From NCBI RefSeq assembly GCF_001194135.2, contig NC_068984.1, positions 33,439,284 to 33,503,283 on the forward strand: a stretch of DNA of 64,000 nt, written 5' to 3'. Every line of letters begins with the position of its first letter. The first letter of the stretch is position 1. The notes below the pieces were generated by a model. That model did not search any database and was not told where the DNA came from. It was given only the letters and a program-made list of their open reading frames with translations. Shown piece after piece: positions 25,599 to 39,700 of the stretch. This DNA comes from Octopus bimaculoides (Eukaryota). The position numbers and the translations under genes are program-made.

Positions 25599-26310
25599 AA
25601 GAGAGGAAGGAAGAGATACTTTAATTTTGATGTGTAATTGACAACCACTTTATTCCGCACACATATACCAACGAAATAATTACTTAACGTCTCATAAAAT
25701 ATACAGCCTAATTTAATATTTAATATTAATATCGACATATATTCCTTGCATTAATACCGTAGATAGTAATAAATAATTCAATCATTATGATATGAATAGT
25801 GTTAGTAAATTATTATTACGTACTCGAATCGTACAGTGTATTTGTTTATGCATTTTATATCGATAATATCGATGATAACAGAAGTATAAGAGTTCGCACT
25901 TACTATTAATAAGGTACTGAACTTAATTTAATACTGATGCGAATCTACAAGAAGCACAGGTCCGAGACTTACATATCTGGTGATTCATGGTTGTTTTCTT
26001 GATGTTATTGTTGTTCCTTTTGTGTCAACTGTAATTCAGCAGATTTATGATTAGAAATAATCAGATATTTCTCATCGTGTTTTCTTCTATATCAGCGACT
26101 AAATCTCCAAATGTATATGTCATTGCTTTACGGAGATTCAACTGCTATTACGACAGGAATTTGTGCGAATGTTTGAAACACCTACTTTCTCAGAAATAAA
26201 TAGAAGTTAATACGGCTGTAAAAACCAACGATTTATTGGTCACCTCAGAATTTTTAATGTTGCTTAATGTAGAGACGTATAGCGGGTGCAATGTCTATCT
26301 AACACAAGAC

Positions 26311-26311
<1 letters not shown>

Positions 26312-26397
<86 letters not shown>
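26312..26397. repeat. (TAG)n microsatellite
   Basis: About 28 perfect AGT units. Confidence 0.97.
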
Positions 26398-26699
26398 AAT
26401 GGGACACACGCTGTACCAGCTCGTCACTACCTTCACTGCTTTTTGGTGATTCGCTACGCCTGGCGTGTGAGCTTTTACACCACTAAGGCTGCAAACATCC
26501 AACCTATGTTAGTTTGGGTAATTGTTGCTGAAGAGAGTTTTATGGAGTTGGAGGGTGAATGCTATGTCAAAATATTTTAGTCAACTTTGACGAGAGGAAA
26601 ATGAAACGTTGGATCTATTGTTTGGCATGCCGGTCCTCACACAGCACAAGGAAATAGGTAATTGTGGACTAAATGAAATAACCAGAGAAACCCTGCAGT

Positions 26700-27010
26700 A
26701 TAGGTTAGTCTAAACAAATAAAAGGAACCGCGTTTAATTGCTAGAAATGTATCAAATACAGCGAGACAATATCCATCCTCACTTATAGAAGCTAGGATTA
26801 AGCGTGCTAAGAAATTAAAATATTAAGAGCAACAAAATGTAACACCACACCTCATCACAAAACATTGCTGTATATATCGATTCACATCCCTAGAAACAAT
26901 TAGACATACAACACTATTGCACCAAATATAGCTATGCTTACTAGAGATCCAAAAATGAACAACATTCAGGAAACATAAACTCATCAAATGCAAAAATCAA
27001 CACACCTAAC
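26700..27010 (+). mobile_element. PLE fragment (RT-to-endonuclease linker)
   Basis: RQYPSSLIEARIKRAKKL..YISIHIPRNN*TYNTI..DPKMNNI..HQMQK resembles the PLE linker (GYP..I..A..; PYISTHNPR; KCKRQP) as I recall it. Confidence 0.6.
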
Positions 27011-27689
27011 CCATAAACACAATTCCTCCCAACTCAAACGAAATACACCCAACTAAAACCGAAAAAGCCACACCCAAACACAACACAAACATTCCCCAAA
27101 ATTTCTTTCACAAATCCGAATCCAGAAACGACATAAATCAACCATATAACACAAGCCTTCGAAGAGATACACACAGACCACTGAAGGCTACACCAGGATC
27201 CTTATAAAATAGTACACTCACCGGACCCACAATCACCATAGCATAAACAAAATGGCCTTTGGAATCGAACCTCAGTTAAACTTTGGTATCCCAATTCATT
27301 TCCATTTACTAGTGCGTACAACTGGGCTAAATAAGCTAACTCTATATGTAATTATGGAAATCTCACCCACTAATCAGCCTCTAAATAACCACGCACTAGA
27401 AATATGCACCTATAAAAGGTCACACAATAGATTTTTTCAGCTTCTTGTGCCCCATGGAACATAATATCAGTGCATTCTCAGGTATACTCATATGCATTAG
27501 CAATTAAGGGTTCATATGTCCAGATGAATATATCTTTGTGTAAACCTATACGTTATTATCTATATCTATCAAATGGAATAACATTCACTATGTGCATATT
27601 CGATGTGGTGTAACCATTGTTTGTAGAGTTATAAAGGTGAGTATTTGTGTGTTCGGATGAGTATTATATAAAGTGTACACGCACAATGC

Positions 27690-27729
<40 letters not shown>

Positions 27730-27931
27730 NNNNNNNNNNNNNNNNNNNNNNNNNNNNNNNNNNNNNNNNNNNNNNNNNNNNNNNNNNNNNNNNNNNNNNN
27801 NNNNNNNNNNNNNNNNNNNNNNNNNNNNNNNNNNNNNNNNNNNNNNNNNNNNNNNNNNNNNNNNNNNNNNNNNNNNNNNNNNNNNNNNNNNNNNNNNNNN
27901 NNNNNNNNNNNNNNNNNNNNNNNNNNNNNNN

Positions 27932-27969
<38 letters not shown>

Positions 27970-30474
27970 GCATCAGCATGACCGCAGCTCTGAGCTGAAA
28001 CTTTGAAATGAAAGAAATGAAATGAAAGTATGCATATCCACTCTCGCGCACACGCATTCATACATAGATGTAAATGTGTTTGTGTATGTGTGTACAAAAG
28101 TAGTTGTGTATGAGAATACTTTCGTGTTTGTACGAGTGAATTTCTCGAAGTACTTGCCATTTGGAGTCTTCACATCCTAACCTAACTCGCTATAGGCTCT
28201 CAGCATATTTTAAACATTCTCTTCAATATTACGATTTAAGATAAGTACTTCTCTCTGCATTGTATATATTGTATAAGCACATGATTATAAACGGTTTTTA
28301 TTGTTATTTTCATCGCATTTCATTTTTTATTTTTATTATATTAATATTTATATATGATTTCATTCATTTACTTTTACATACTTTACATATGTATTCTCTT
28401 CTTTGTGCATTCAAAGTGAATGTCTTTAAATATATGATTTTTCTAAACTATATCAATGTGCGTTTATGAGTTAGAATTAAACATAACTTATTTGTGTGAT
28501 GCATTTGGTTCACATATTTAAGTGTATAAATGAGTGTGTATTTCCATGTATATGTATGTCTGTAATTGCTTGAATGTGTACAGGCTTTACTGTAAAATGT
28601 AAGAAAAGTATATGTAAACTTTATATAAGTAGATTCATATGTGTAAGCATGGGTGGGTGCGATGCACGACTAATATTACAAGATTACATATTCTTGTAAC
28701 TTATCAGTTTATACCTTTAAAGAAGGACATGATAGATGTATATGAGCTATAAATGAATGTAGCTGTGCTCGCGTCTGTGTATGTATATATATGTATGCGT
28801 ATGTTTGCATTTGTGTGTGTGTGTTTGTAAACTTTGGTAGATAGATAGATACATAGACAGACAGACAGATACATGGATAGATATAAATTGTTATTAACGT
28901 AAATAAGAGGAGGAATAGAAGAAATGAAGTTCAAAATGCACTGAGAATAAATTGGAGTTAATTAGATTTTAATTATGTTTTTAAATATAGGAATAAACCT
29001 GGCCAGTTTCACATTGGATTTTCAAAACTGAATGTTCATTCTGCCTGTTGATATAGTACGTTACAGTATTTTTACAATAACGGCAAGAAAAAACATTATT
29101 CGTCACATAGGTCCATATAATATAGGTTTCAAATACATCACACAGTTTAAACTCCCAAGCAAGTGAGACACGTCACCCTAAGACGAACTTCAGGAGTTAT
29201 GAAAAATGAATATCGAACGAAACGAGTAGCAAAATGCATTAATCGTTGACTTTAACATGTTAGATAATTATTTATCTTCCATAAGAGATAGTGTTTCTGT
29301 CCATTACAAATAGTCAAGGAACTGGCATTGTCGCTGCAAAACTCCATCGTTTCTGCAGGGACAAAGATATTTAATTCCCTCTCTGCACATAATCTCAAGT
29401 TCTAGTGCACTGATTTGGTAAATATTTAACTCAGTTTACACTTTTCGTTTACCAAAGAGTTAACTAACCTCTTGACATTTCCGTACAACAGTGTACTCTA
29501 CGACGACATAAATAGTTGTCGGTTGACTTGTAAGAAGTAAAATTATTAACGATGTTCAAATTTGACTACTTAACAAAATACATCATGATATAAACTTTAA
29601 CCTGCCGATATGAAATTGACTTAATTCTATAAGCAAGCTTCGCAAAGCTGTATTCTTGATACAGCCAGTGAAAACACGCATGCGTATTCATGTTGGTATT
29701 CTCACCATTCAGTAGGAACCGTGTCAGAAATGTTGAGCCAACTAGAGTGCGTCATCATATGGGTCAGCTTAATCAAACCTAAACTAGTGTTAAACAATAA
29801 GATTTCATTTGTCGGTAAAATGAAATTTATGTATAACTGAAACCAGTGTTCTCGCATAGTTCCGACACTATACACACCGGCTGCAAACACGAGCAAATAA
29901 ATATCGCGACAGCAATGCCATCACCTGCAACAGTACATATACTTCATATCATGATATATTTAATATAACTCATAACTAATTTAGTTTTCTGTCGGTATTC
30001 GTATGTTAAGAACTTATTACTTAATATATAAATTCATACATTTTTTCTAACATTTCTAATGCATTAACTATATTAAAATGTTTCACTGTTTGTGAGAAAA
30101 AATATTATATCATTATGTGAGAGTTTAAAGTTCTTATCGAAAAAATAAATTAAAATAAAAGTGTGTATAGACCAACTTTGTTTTTTATCGTTTTAAAACG
30201 TTTAAGTTATTATCTTATATTTACACATTTTTAATGAAACTTCCTTATGAAACTCTTGCTTCTAGTAAGATTGAAATATCTAATGCACTTACGTCTAAAA
30301 TATTAAATTCCGTTATCACTAATTAACACACGTAATCTAAATTAAATATATAAATATTAAAATTATCTCCCTCAGAGTTATACACGTATCAACAGAAACT
30401 GACACACAAACAGTCACCACCATTTACATGCTTGATTCCACTCACGCATCCTCCTCTCTTTGTGTGTGTATGTG

Positions 30475-30507
<33 letters not shown>

Positions 30508-31121
30508 NNNNNNNNNNNNNNNNNNNNNNNNNNNNNNNNNNNNNNNNNNNNNNNNNNNNNNNNNNNNNNNNNNNNNNNNNNNNNNNNNNNNNNNNNNNNN
30601 NNNNNNNNNNNNNNNNNNNNNNNNNNNNNNNNNNNNNNNNNNNNNNNNNNNNNNNNNNNNNNNNNNNNNNNNNNNNNNNNNNNNNNNNNNNNNNNNNNNN
30701 NNNNNNNNNNNNNNNNNNNNNNNNNNNNNNNNNNNNNNNNNNNNNNNNNNNNNNNNNNNNNNNNNNNNNNNNNNNNNNNNNNNNNNNNNNNNNNNNNNNN
30801 NNNNNNNNNNNNNNNNNNNNNNNNNNNNNNNNNNNNNNNNNNNNNNNNNNNNNNNNNNNNNNNNNNNNNNNNNNNNNNNNNNNNNNNNNNNNNNNNNNNN
30901 NNNNNNNNNNNNNNNNNNNNNNNNNNNNNNNNNNNNNNNNNNNNNNNNNNNNNNNNNNNNNNNNNNNNNNNNNNNNNNNNNNNNNNNNNNNNNNNNNNNN
31001 NNNNNNNNNNNNNNNNNNNNNNNNNNNNNNNNNNNNNNNNNNNNNNNNNNNNNNNNNNNNNNNNNNNNNNNNNNNNNNNNNNNNNNNNNNNNNNNNNNNN
31101 NNNNNNNNNNNNNNNNNNNNN

Positions 31122-31173
<52 letters not shown>

Positions 31174-31179
31174 TTGGTT

Positions 31180-31210
<31 letters not shown>

Positions 31211-31281
31211 GTACATGTGTGTGTATTAAGGCTACCATTGGATTCATGTTAAGAAAGATGTCTTAATATCTTAACAATTCC

Positions 31282-31466
31282 TTCGCTTGACAACCGGTGC
31301 TGGTGTGTTTACATCCCCGTAACCTACGGTACGGTAAACGAGATACAATAAGTACCAAGCTTAAAACGATAAGTCCTGGGATCGATACCTTCAACTAAAA
31401 ACCAAGACGCTGCTCCCAGCATAGCCGCAGTCTATTGACTGAAATAAATACAAGATAAAGAATAAA
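31282..31466 (+). mobile_element. Family A SINE 3' half
   Basis: cgcttgacaaccggtgctggtgtgtttacatccccgtaac...aagtcctggg..cagcatagccgcagtctattgactgaaat. Confidence 0.82.
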
Positions 31467-31815
31467 TGATGTGGCACTCCATCGGTTACGACGGTGCGGA
31501 TTCTAGTTGATCCGATCAACGGAACGGCATGTTCGTAAAATTAAGGTGCAAGTAACTGAGCACACCATAGAGACGTGTAGCCTTCAAGTAGTTCTCTGGC
31601 AGATTCAGCGTGATACATAATTTGACAAGGCTGGCTATTTGATATATAGGTACCAGAGACAGAGGAGGAAAGAATAAGAGAAAGTTGTTTGTGAAAAAGT
31701 ATAGCAGGGTTCGCCACCACCCGTGCCGGAGCCACGTGGAGCTTTAGGTGTTTTCGCTCAACAAACACTCACAGCGCCCGGTCTGGAATTGAAACCGCGA
31801 GTCCTCTGCCCTAAC
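31467..31815 (-). mobile_element. tRNA-derived SINE, family C (octopus-type)
   Basis: Minus head gttagggcagaggactcgcggtttcaattccagaccgggcgctgtgagtgtttgttgagcgaaaacacctaaagctccacg; 3' end ..ccgttgatcggatcaactagaatcc..gtaaccgatggagtgccac. Recognised from memory of octopus repeats. Confidence 0.72.
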
Positions 31816-34113
31816 GATAAAAGATATATGTGGGAGTGTGTGTGTGCGTGCGTGTGTGTGTGTGTGTCTGTGTGTGTGTGTGTGTATGTATATATATATA
31901 TANNNNNNNNNNNNNNNNNNNNNNNNNNNNNNNNNNNNNNNNNNNNNNNNNNNNNNNNNNNNNNNNNNNNNNNNNNNNNNNNNNNNNNNNNNNNNNNNNN
32001 NNNNNNNNNNNNNNNNNNNNNNNNNNNNNNNNNNNNNNNNNNNNNNNNNNNNNNNNNNNNNNNNNNNNNNNNNNNNNNNNNNNNNNNNNNNNNNNNNNNN
32101 NNNNNNNNNNNNNNNNNNNNNNNNNNNNNNNNNNNNNNNNNNNNNNNNNNNNNNNNNNNNNAATTTAAACATTTTAAAATCTTTATATGAATTTATCAAG
32201 TAGTTAGCGTGAAAAACCTCATAAGGGACAAATTTATTAATTATTCCCTCTAAATATATTTATTTATATATATTAAGGGCATTACTATACATAAATGCCT
32301 CAGGCTAGGAGGCACTCTTACAAATCAAAAGACATATATATATAAAACCAGGCGCAGAGGGAAAATTCAACCGTCACTAAGTTTGAGTATGCATGCCGGA
32401 GATCCTACATTGCTAGAAATAAAAGTTGAAATACTCTTAATGTTGTAGGAGGAGAGCAAAATTTGTATAAACATGCTGACAGGGAAGATAACCGCCCCAT
32501 GGTTGACTGGAGTATCCCCAGACTACATCTAGTTTCCCCTTTGACTGTAAGCATCGTCACCGAGGACTCCTTGATCGGTAAATTCTCTTTACCATAAAAA
32601 TTTATGGTTGATTTAGTGAAATGTTAATGCGTATATTAAAATTAATATAAACTGCCAAGTGCAATGTGATACCTTAAAGGAAAAATTCAGTTATCACTAA
32701 GTGTGACTAAGGATGCCGAAGCATCTACATTGCTAGAAATAAGAGTTAAGGCTCAAATGTTCTTCAGAGAACCAGAGGCAGTTCGGTTGCTATATTGCAT
32801 TCTTTTACGAAGTAACACGAAGTGAGGTGTTCTGCTCACGAACACAACATATCGGCTTCTTTTGAACCTTATAATTATGAGTGCAACACCTTAACCCCTA
32901 ACACAGGTGCCTCTACTACACACATACACACGCACACACGCACACAAATATATGTATTGTGTGTACGCGCGCGCGTGTGTGTCTGTGAGTGTGGTGTGTT
33001 TGTGCGTATGAGGAGCTTTTCAATATTTAACACCTTGTTCCCCAAACAATCACAGAATGATTTTCCATCGGTCCAAAGTTTAACAAACATATACCCTCGA
33101 AATATTAACTGACTATATTATCGAGAGCCATGTATTGGTTTTTATTTCTCATCACTGTGAAGTAATGAGAAGATTGTTGTCCCTTTTCTATATTAAGCAG
33201 CGTGGATATGATTAAAATTTGAATCAAGCGAACATCATTGCTGACTGAATTTTGTCCGATTTAAAAAAAAAACCCTACATATATTCAGATAAATATTTCC
33301 AGCCGCAAAAATCTTTGTATACAAACTACCTTTCAGAAAGCTATGATTTCTGTTCATTAATTACATTTAATCATTAATTTTCATATCGTCCCAAGGTAGA
33401 GAATAACAAGGATATTTTATTGCACGAACACATAAAGATTAAAATAGCAGTATCCTGGGAAGTGCTTTCTTTTCTATGTCACAAAAAAAAAAAAAAAATT
33501 GCTGTACGTATTTCGTCTATTTTTTTTTTTTTTTTTTTTTTTTTTGAAAAAGATGATTTTACGGAGATATAGCTAGATTTCAACCGAATAATGGGAGTGA
33601 ATGAACTGTGCATCCGGAAGCGTTGTTCATAAATCAACAATATCATATCAATAATCAACATCTACAACTCGGATTTACAATAATGTATAATGGTAATACT
33701 ATAAAACAAGATAAATTTATTTAATCAGCTAAAAGCATATATTTTATTGAACACCAAACGGTACTGCTACTAATATCAAAATCATTTTTGAAAATTATTA
33801 TATACTCCTGAGCCTGCATTTTTCATTCGAAGTTCTTAGATGTTATTTAAAATCATCATAATTATAGAGAAATGCATTTGTAATAGAATGATATTATATA
33901 GACGTATATATGTTTTTAAAGTTAACTAATCAAAGCTACGTAACCTAAGTTATCATGAGACTCTGTTTAATAGGTTTAGATAAGTTTATGATATTATAGA
34001 AAATACGGTTTTGTCTCTCACTTGGCTTTCTCTTATGTTGCCATATTTTGTTTTACAAATTCATGAGTATTTTGACATCGATATATAGCAGAATTTATTT
34101 TTCAATCATAATA

Positions 34114-35393
34114 TTAGCTTGTCAAAAAAGTTCTTGCGGTTTTAAACATTTAAATTCAGATGCAAGTATCTCGGCTCAAACAAAACATTATTAATCGAAA
34201 TAAGCACCATCAGATTCAACATACCTTTGCCAACACGAAACAAATTTATTTACGCCAGTAGCGTAAAAATCCTGCGTTCTGGTGGGGATGAAGTCGTTGA
34301 AGGCGTGTTTGGTATCGTCTAGGTGTTTGAAGCATTTCTCACGCAGGAAGTTGTCGAAATGCTTGAGAAAGTGAGTGGTAGTCGGTAGGCAAGAGGTCTG
34401 GTGAGTATGGCGGATGAGGCAGAATTTCGTAGCCCAATTCGTTTATCTTCTGCAGGGTCAGTTGTGCGACGTGCGGCCGAGCGTTGTCGTGGAGAAGAAT
34501 TGTTCCTTTTCTATTGACCGATGCCGGCTGTTGTTGTCGGAGTTTCTTATGCATTTCATCCATTTGCTGAGATTACATCTCCGCCGTAATGGTTTCACCT
34601 GTATCCATGCGAATGATGAAACCGGTCGCAGATTACCAAGCAGTCACCATGATCTTCTGTTGGTGCAACTTTGGCTTCGGGAAATGCCGAGGAGCTCCGT
34701 CGGCGTCCAATCACTGAGCTGAGCATCGCCGGTTGTCGTAAAGACTCCACTTTTTATTGCAAGTCACAATCCTGTAGAGAAACGGGTCGTTCTTGTTGCA
34801 TAAAAGAAGGGAAGATAGCCCTTTATTATTTGTTTTTTGGATGTTGTTCAATTCGTGCGGCACCCATTTCACATGTATTTTTTGTTTTTCTAATCTCTTT
34901 CACGTGGTTGGAAATTGTCATATACGTTACGTCTAATTCAGAAGCAGGCTCTCGAACATTTGTGCGTGGATGGGCTTCGACTAAGGCTCTTAGTTTATCG
35001 TTGTCAACATCCGATGGCCGAACACTACGCTTATCCTCTTCAAGACTCTCGTCATCACTACGAAATTTATTGAACCACCATTGTGCTGTACGTTCACTAG
35101 TGGTTCCTGGGCCAAAGGCGTCTTTGATTTCGCGAGCTCTTTCAGCAGCTTTTCGGCCTAGTTTGAACTTGAATAAGAAAATTGTACGAATATGCTTTTT
35201 GTCCATGTTGTATTCAACGTTCCGGAAAAATGGCCAAACTATTCAAGAAGAAAAAGAGTAATGCGGTTAGATGGAGCGAAAACGGGCTTTCAAATTATAT
35301 ATAAAATCAAAGTAATTGAAGGATAATTAATTTGAAAATACATCATTTAAATCCAAAATTAAACATTCCGCAAGAACTTTCTTGACAACCTAA
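34114..35393 (-). mobile_element. Full-length (1280 bp) mariner, cecropia/Hsmar1-like, with disrupted transposase
   Basis: 26-bp TIRs ttagcttgtcaaaaaagttcttgcgg / ccgcaagaactttcttgacaacctaa (2 mismatches), TA on both sides. Protein: DKKHIRTIFLFKFKLGRKAAE..TAQWWFNKFRSDDESLEE..RP, KWVPHEL, LLHDNARPH, HPPYSPDLLPTDYH, ..DGAYFD*. Frameshifts and stops present. Confidence 0.96.
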
Positions 35394-36640
35394 TAATATA
35401 ATACCTCACCGTATAGAAACGTGACAGCTCTGTTTTAAAGAACTCCTATTTATGATGCTGCAAATTTTATTTGCGATCATGAAGCCAAACGAAAACAGAT
35501 TTTTGTGACGTTTATTATATTTACTTGGTTTTAAAAATGATTTATCTCCAGTTTACAGCAAATTCTCCGTTGTAATTAAGTAAAGCAAAATCACTCGTAT
35601 GTATTCTTAGTTTAATCTTTTAAACAACACCCATAATGAGGGAAGTGAAATGATATTGGGGGTTGACATTAAAACTTATTAGAAAGATCAGTCGAAGTCT
35701 TTTATGTGGAAGAATAATGAAGTATTATGCCTGTGCTGCATTACGTACTAACAAGCATGTCGTAAATGAGCATGTGACATGTAAAATATAGAAGAATACT
35801 AATAATTGGTGCGAATTTCGAACACATTTAAGAAGACTAGTAACCAAAATAATAAAATATAATAGTTTAAATTATAGTGTGCACAATTTGTACCACTTAA
35901 GGTGATAGAACACCAAAGTCATCTAAAAACATGTAATAGTACAGAAGTATACATCAAATAGTAAAGTCACTTCAGAGAAAACGCACAGATCAAACCAAGA
36001 CAAATCAAGAGTGCTATATTTTGATTTCGTGTGAGGAGTTAGTTAATGACATGCAAGAATCAAAATACTTTTTTGTAATTGATGAACCAAATCAAATCAA
36101 GATTGCAAACCTAATGATAGTGTACTCGGGTAGTAGTAATTTCTGAGAACCGTTAAAATGTACGAGCATCTTTAATAGAAAACTATCATGTTTTTTATGT
36201 GGTGAAGTATTATATTATTATAATTGAAAAATAAATTTTGCTCTATATCGATGTCAAATTACTCGTGAATTTATAAAACAAAAATGGCCTAACTTCTATA
36301 ATGCACTAGAAAGCAGTTGGTATGCAGTGTTTCTGAAATTTAACAATATGAATTCAAATATTAATTTGGCTTTAAGCTTCCAAAAGTCGTTTGGTTGCAT
36401 CCTTTCTAATTTTACTTTCCTAACATCAGACAATGCAAACTACTTTAATGTTGACTCGTTGGACATTATTGTAAAATGTATTATTCGCTAATGAATGTTA
36501 AAAACACACATACTATCGAACAATGTATCAAACCCTGCATGCGATATCGACTGATCAGAGGAAAATATGTACCGATAATCCAGGAGAAATTGAAATCTCT
36601 GAATGAAGTGTGTGACGATTATTACAAAAACATAAAAAGA

Positions 36641-36705
36641 AATACCCTCAAGGTGGTGCCCCAGCATAGCCGCAGTCTAATGACTGAAACAAGTAAAAGA
36701 TAAAA
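36641..36705 (+). mobile_element. Family A SINE 3' tail only
   Basis: caaggtggtgccccagcatagccgcagtctaatgactgaaacaagtaaaagataaaa. Confidence 0.75.
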
Positions 36706-39700
36706 TATAAAAATAGCTACACGATGCTACGTAATATCAGTGTTTCTGAAGGTGGATTCTCGCTTCGCAGGAGATGGGTATGCAATAGTTTGATGGAACC
36801 TGGGACTTTAGAATGTAGTGTATGCAAATAATAAGTTAATAAACCTTGCAATAGAGTTTCATTCTGAATATGCTAAAGTCTAATCTATGTATCTGTTCAC
36901 GGTGGGGGGAACCATTTCTTTTAATGCCGGAATGGGACAGTTCAGAAACAGTGCTCTCAAAGTTACTCTTCAAAATGAAACGAATAAATTCAATCATTAT
37001 TTGGATTGAAGCTATAATTATGAAGCTCGATTTTTCGACACACAGCAATAGCAACCTATTTGAAAGCCTAGGGGAATCAACCTTGAAAAACGCAATGGAT
37101 AGAATTTTCGGGAAAACAAAACCTGGATCAGAATGATTGAAACAAATCTTCAAAATAGTGACCATTTGAGAAAGGAGCGGATATTTTTTTATTTATTATT
37201 TTTTTAAAAAATTTTGTTTTTATCAGAGGCAACATTCTCTTGGAATGCAAAGTGAAATGATACCACATATTGAAGTATAATGTTTATGTTGTTCTCGAAT
37301 AGACTTATTTCATTATTTAGTGGATCATCACATCTTATCAGATATCTGAAAAATGCAAAGTTGAACGGCCCACTAGATTAGAGGCAGTAATCTAAGGGCC
37401 TGTGCAATGATGAAAAAATATCAAAATTGGTTGAATGCACTCAACATAGTGCATAATGAAGAAATTTAATTTTGTTGAAGCATATATTAATTACTTCTAT
37501 ACACGCTGTAGGCCTTTTGAGTGATGATCCAGAAGAAAACGTTAGCTGTCGCGCGTATCAGTAATACAATTACACTTATACAACACTCAATCATGTTTAT
37601 AACTCTCATGTCTTTTACACGATGACAGCTATAACATAGGAATTGATATCGGTGGTTTAGCCAAACCGCACGTCGGTAAAGATGGCTAGTCAGTTGATTT
37701 TGACAAGTATTAGGCCAATATTTGTCCTACATTCGATGCAGAACAAACCACGGTGGAACACGTGAAGATGGCGGGAGATTACCTACGACAGCAACCGCTG
37801 CCATATAGGGTAGCAGCCCACCGTTTTGAACTTTTGGTTAATTGCTTCACCGGTTCACATCCTTTATGCATTGTAGCAGTAAACCTACAAGAATCGATTT
37901 TTACCAAAAGTGTAGGTAGTAACGAAGTTGCCCAAAATTTTTACCTTTAATGCACCTATTATTACATAAAATATCTTAGTTTGGGGACTTCTAACTCGAA
38001 AACAGGTGACAGATAACACTGGGAGCTTGCATGAAGAAACGTTAACGTAGGCGTCTTGAGTTACCAACAGTCCTGTATGGTTTGTCAATATCAATACCTT
38101 TCACAGTTAGTTCAGATGAGCCATTGCAGACATCACGACATCTAAGAGGATTAACTAGAAAGGCAAAAGAGATCATTCTGATCACGACGGCCTAAATGAT
38201 CATTATATTATCTTAGTAAACTCACAGCGAATGCTTTTTATACAATATAATCGCCAAGTAATCGTAAAGTTAAGAGATTTGTAAAGTAGATTTTATAAAT
38301 TAATCACATGGTGAATGAATTCAGTTTTGACCATGCCTATAAATTCACGTATTCCCGGTCTGTAGCGATTTCGAGTAATCATAATATGTTCAATTATGCG
38401 TAACGGCATTAATGTCAGCAACCGTCCAGTATTCTAAACAGATTACTTCCAAAGTAATTACTTCACCTTCATATGCAGGCGTAGTTTGACTGATCTTAGA
38501 TGCGTGATGAACTGATCTGGAAAAATCTACTTTATTAAAGGGTGCATCATCTTCTACAATTATACAAGACATGACTGGAGTAAACTATTGATAGTATTTC
38601 TTCTAAGGAATGAAATACTCGACCAACCTTCCATTCTTTAATCCCAGTAAACAAAGCATAGTAACATGCATAGTTTTCCCGTAATCAATATGCATACCAG
38701 TCTCAACAGTACCATACGAGCTAGTTAAAATAACATTGTTAAAGTTGCGGAATTAAGCCTATGATTTCGTAATCTGCGCAATAAAGCATTATATGTTGTG
38801 ATCCAGGGTAACAAAATTGTTGCACATACTTTTTTATAAACAGAGTTGCATGAATAGTCATAGGTTTTGTTGTCGCTGCTGTAATTGTCACAAATATTTG
38901 TATCATATTGCTATTTTCGTTTATGATTTTGTGAGATAAATTCGTTGTTACTTAGCCTTAGATCTGTATGTGATTTGAGGAAGTTCAGCGGCGATTCCTG
39001 GCTGATCGAGTGACCGCATAGAGAGCCCCTTATTGGGTTGAGATATTGTTAAAAAAGATTTTGAATATAAAAAGGCTGAACACCATGTTCACCCAGAATG
39101 GGGCTGAGAAAGGCCAGTCTTGGTATCACATCGAGTTAATAATATGAAAGCAAATAATATTAACGAAACAGTTAACTATATTTAATCACAATATATTTTA
39201 CATCAGAGAGCTTATTTGAAATATATATTTAAATTCTAATTTAAAATTTCCATATGACATCTTAATAAAAGTACAATATATAAAATCCCAAAATTTCAAA
39301 ATGATATAAAATATGCAGTGTGCGAGTGAACTAAAGTGAACATTGTGTTATATATGTATCAAATTTAGCAATATGTTGTCGCAGTTTCTAGATTTTGAGC
39401 AGGATTTGTATTTAAAAAGAAAAAAAACGAGGGATATATAAATCCATATCGACCCTGACACCACCTTAGATTTGGACTGAACGAATGAGGCGAAAACGTT
39501 TTCATTATACAGTATTGCTAGTAGTGAGATTATTGCTGATGGCAACCAGATCGAAATCAAATCAAATTGTGATGTAAGAGACTTTGACTAGTTTCTTGAT
39601 TATGACTCTCATTAGGCTGTACTCAGGATTCTTTCAGAAACCACCAACACTGATGTAGGGGACGCAATGATATAAATAATGATATCAAAATCACTGATCT

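Noticed and set aside
26587-26610. TTGACGA..GAAACGTT hammerhead-like motif
   Set aside because: C3 is mutated and the intervening GAGGAAAAT cannot form stem II.
38390-38572. Protein-looking 60-aa minus-strand ORF (VEDDAPFNKVDF..)
   Set aside because: No motif recognised and only weak splice donors; the length is within chance expectation.
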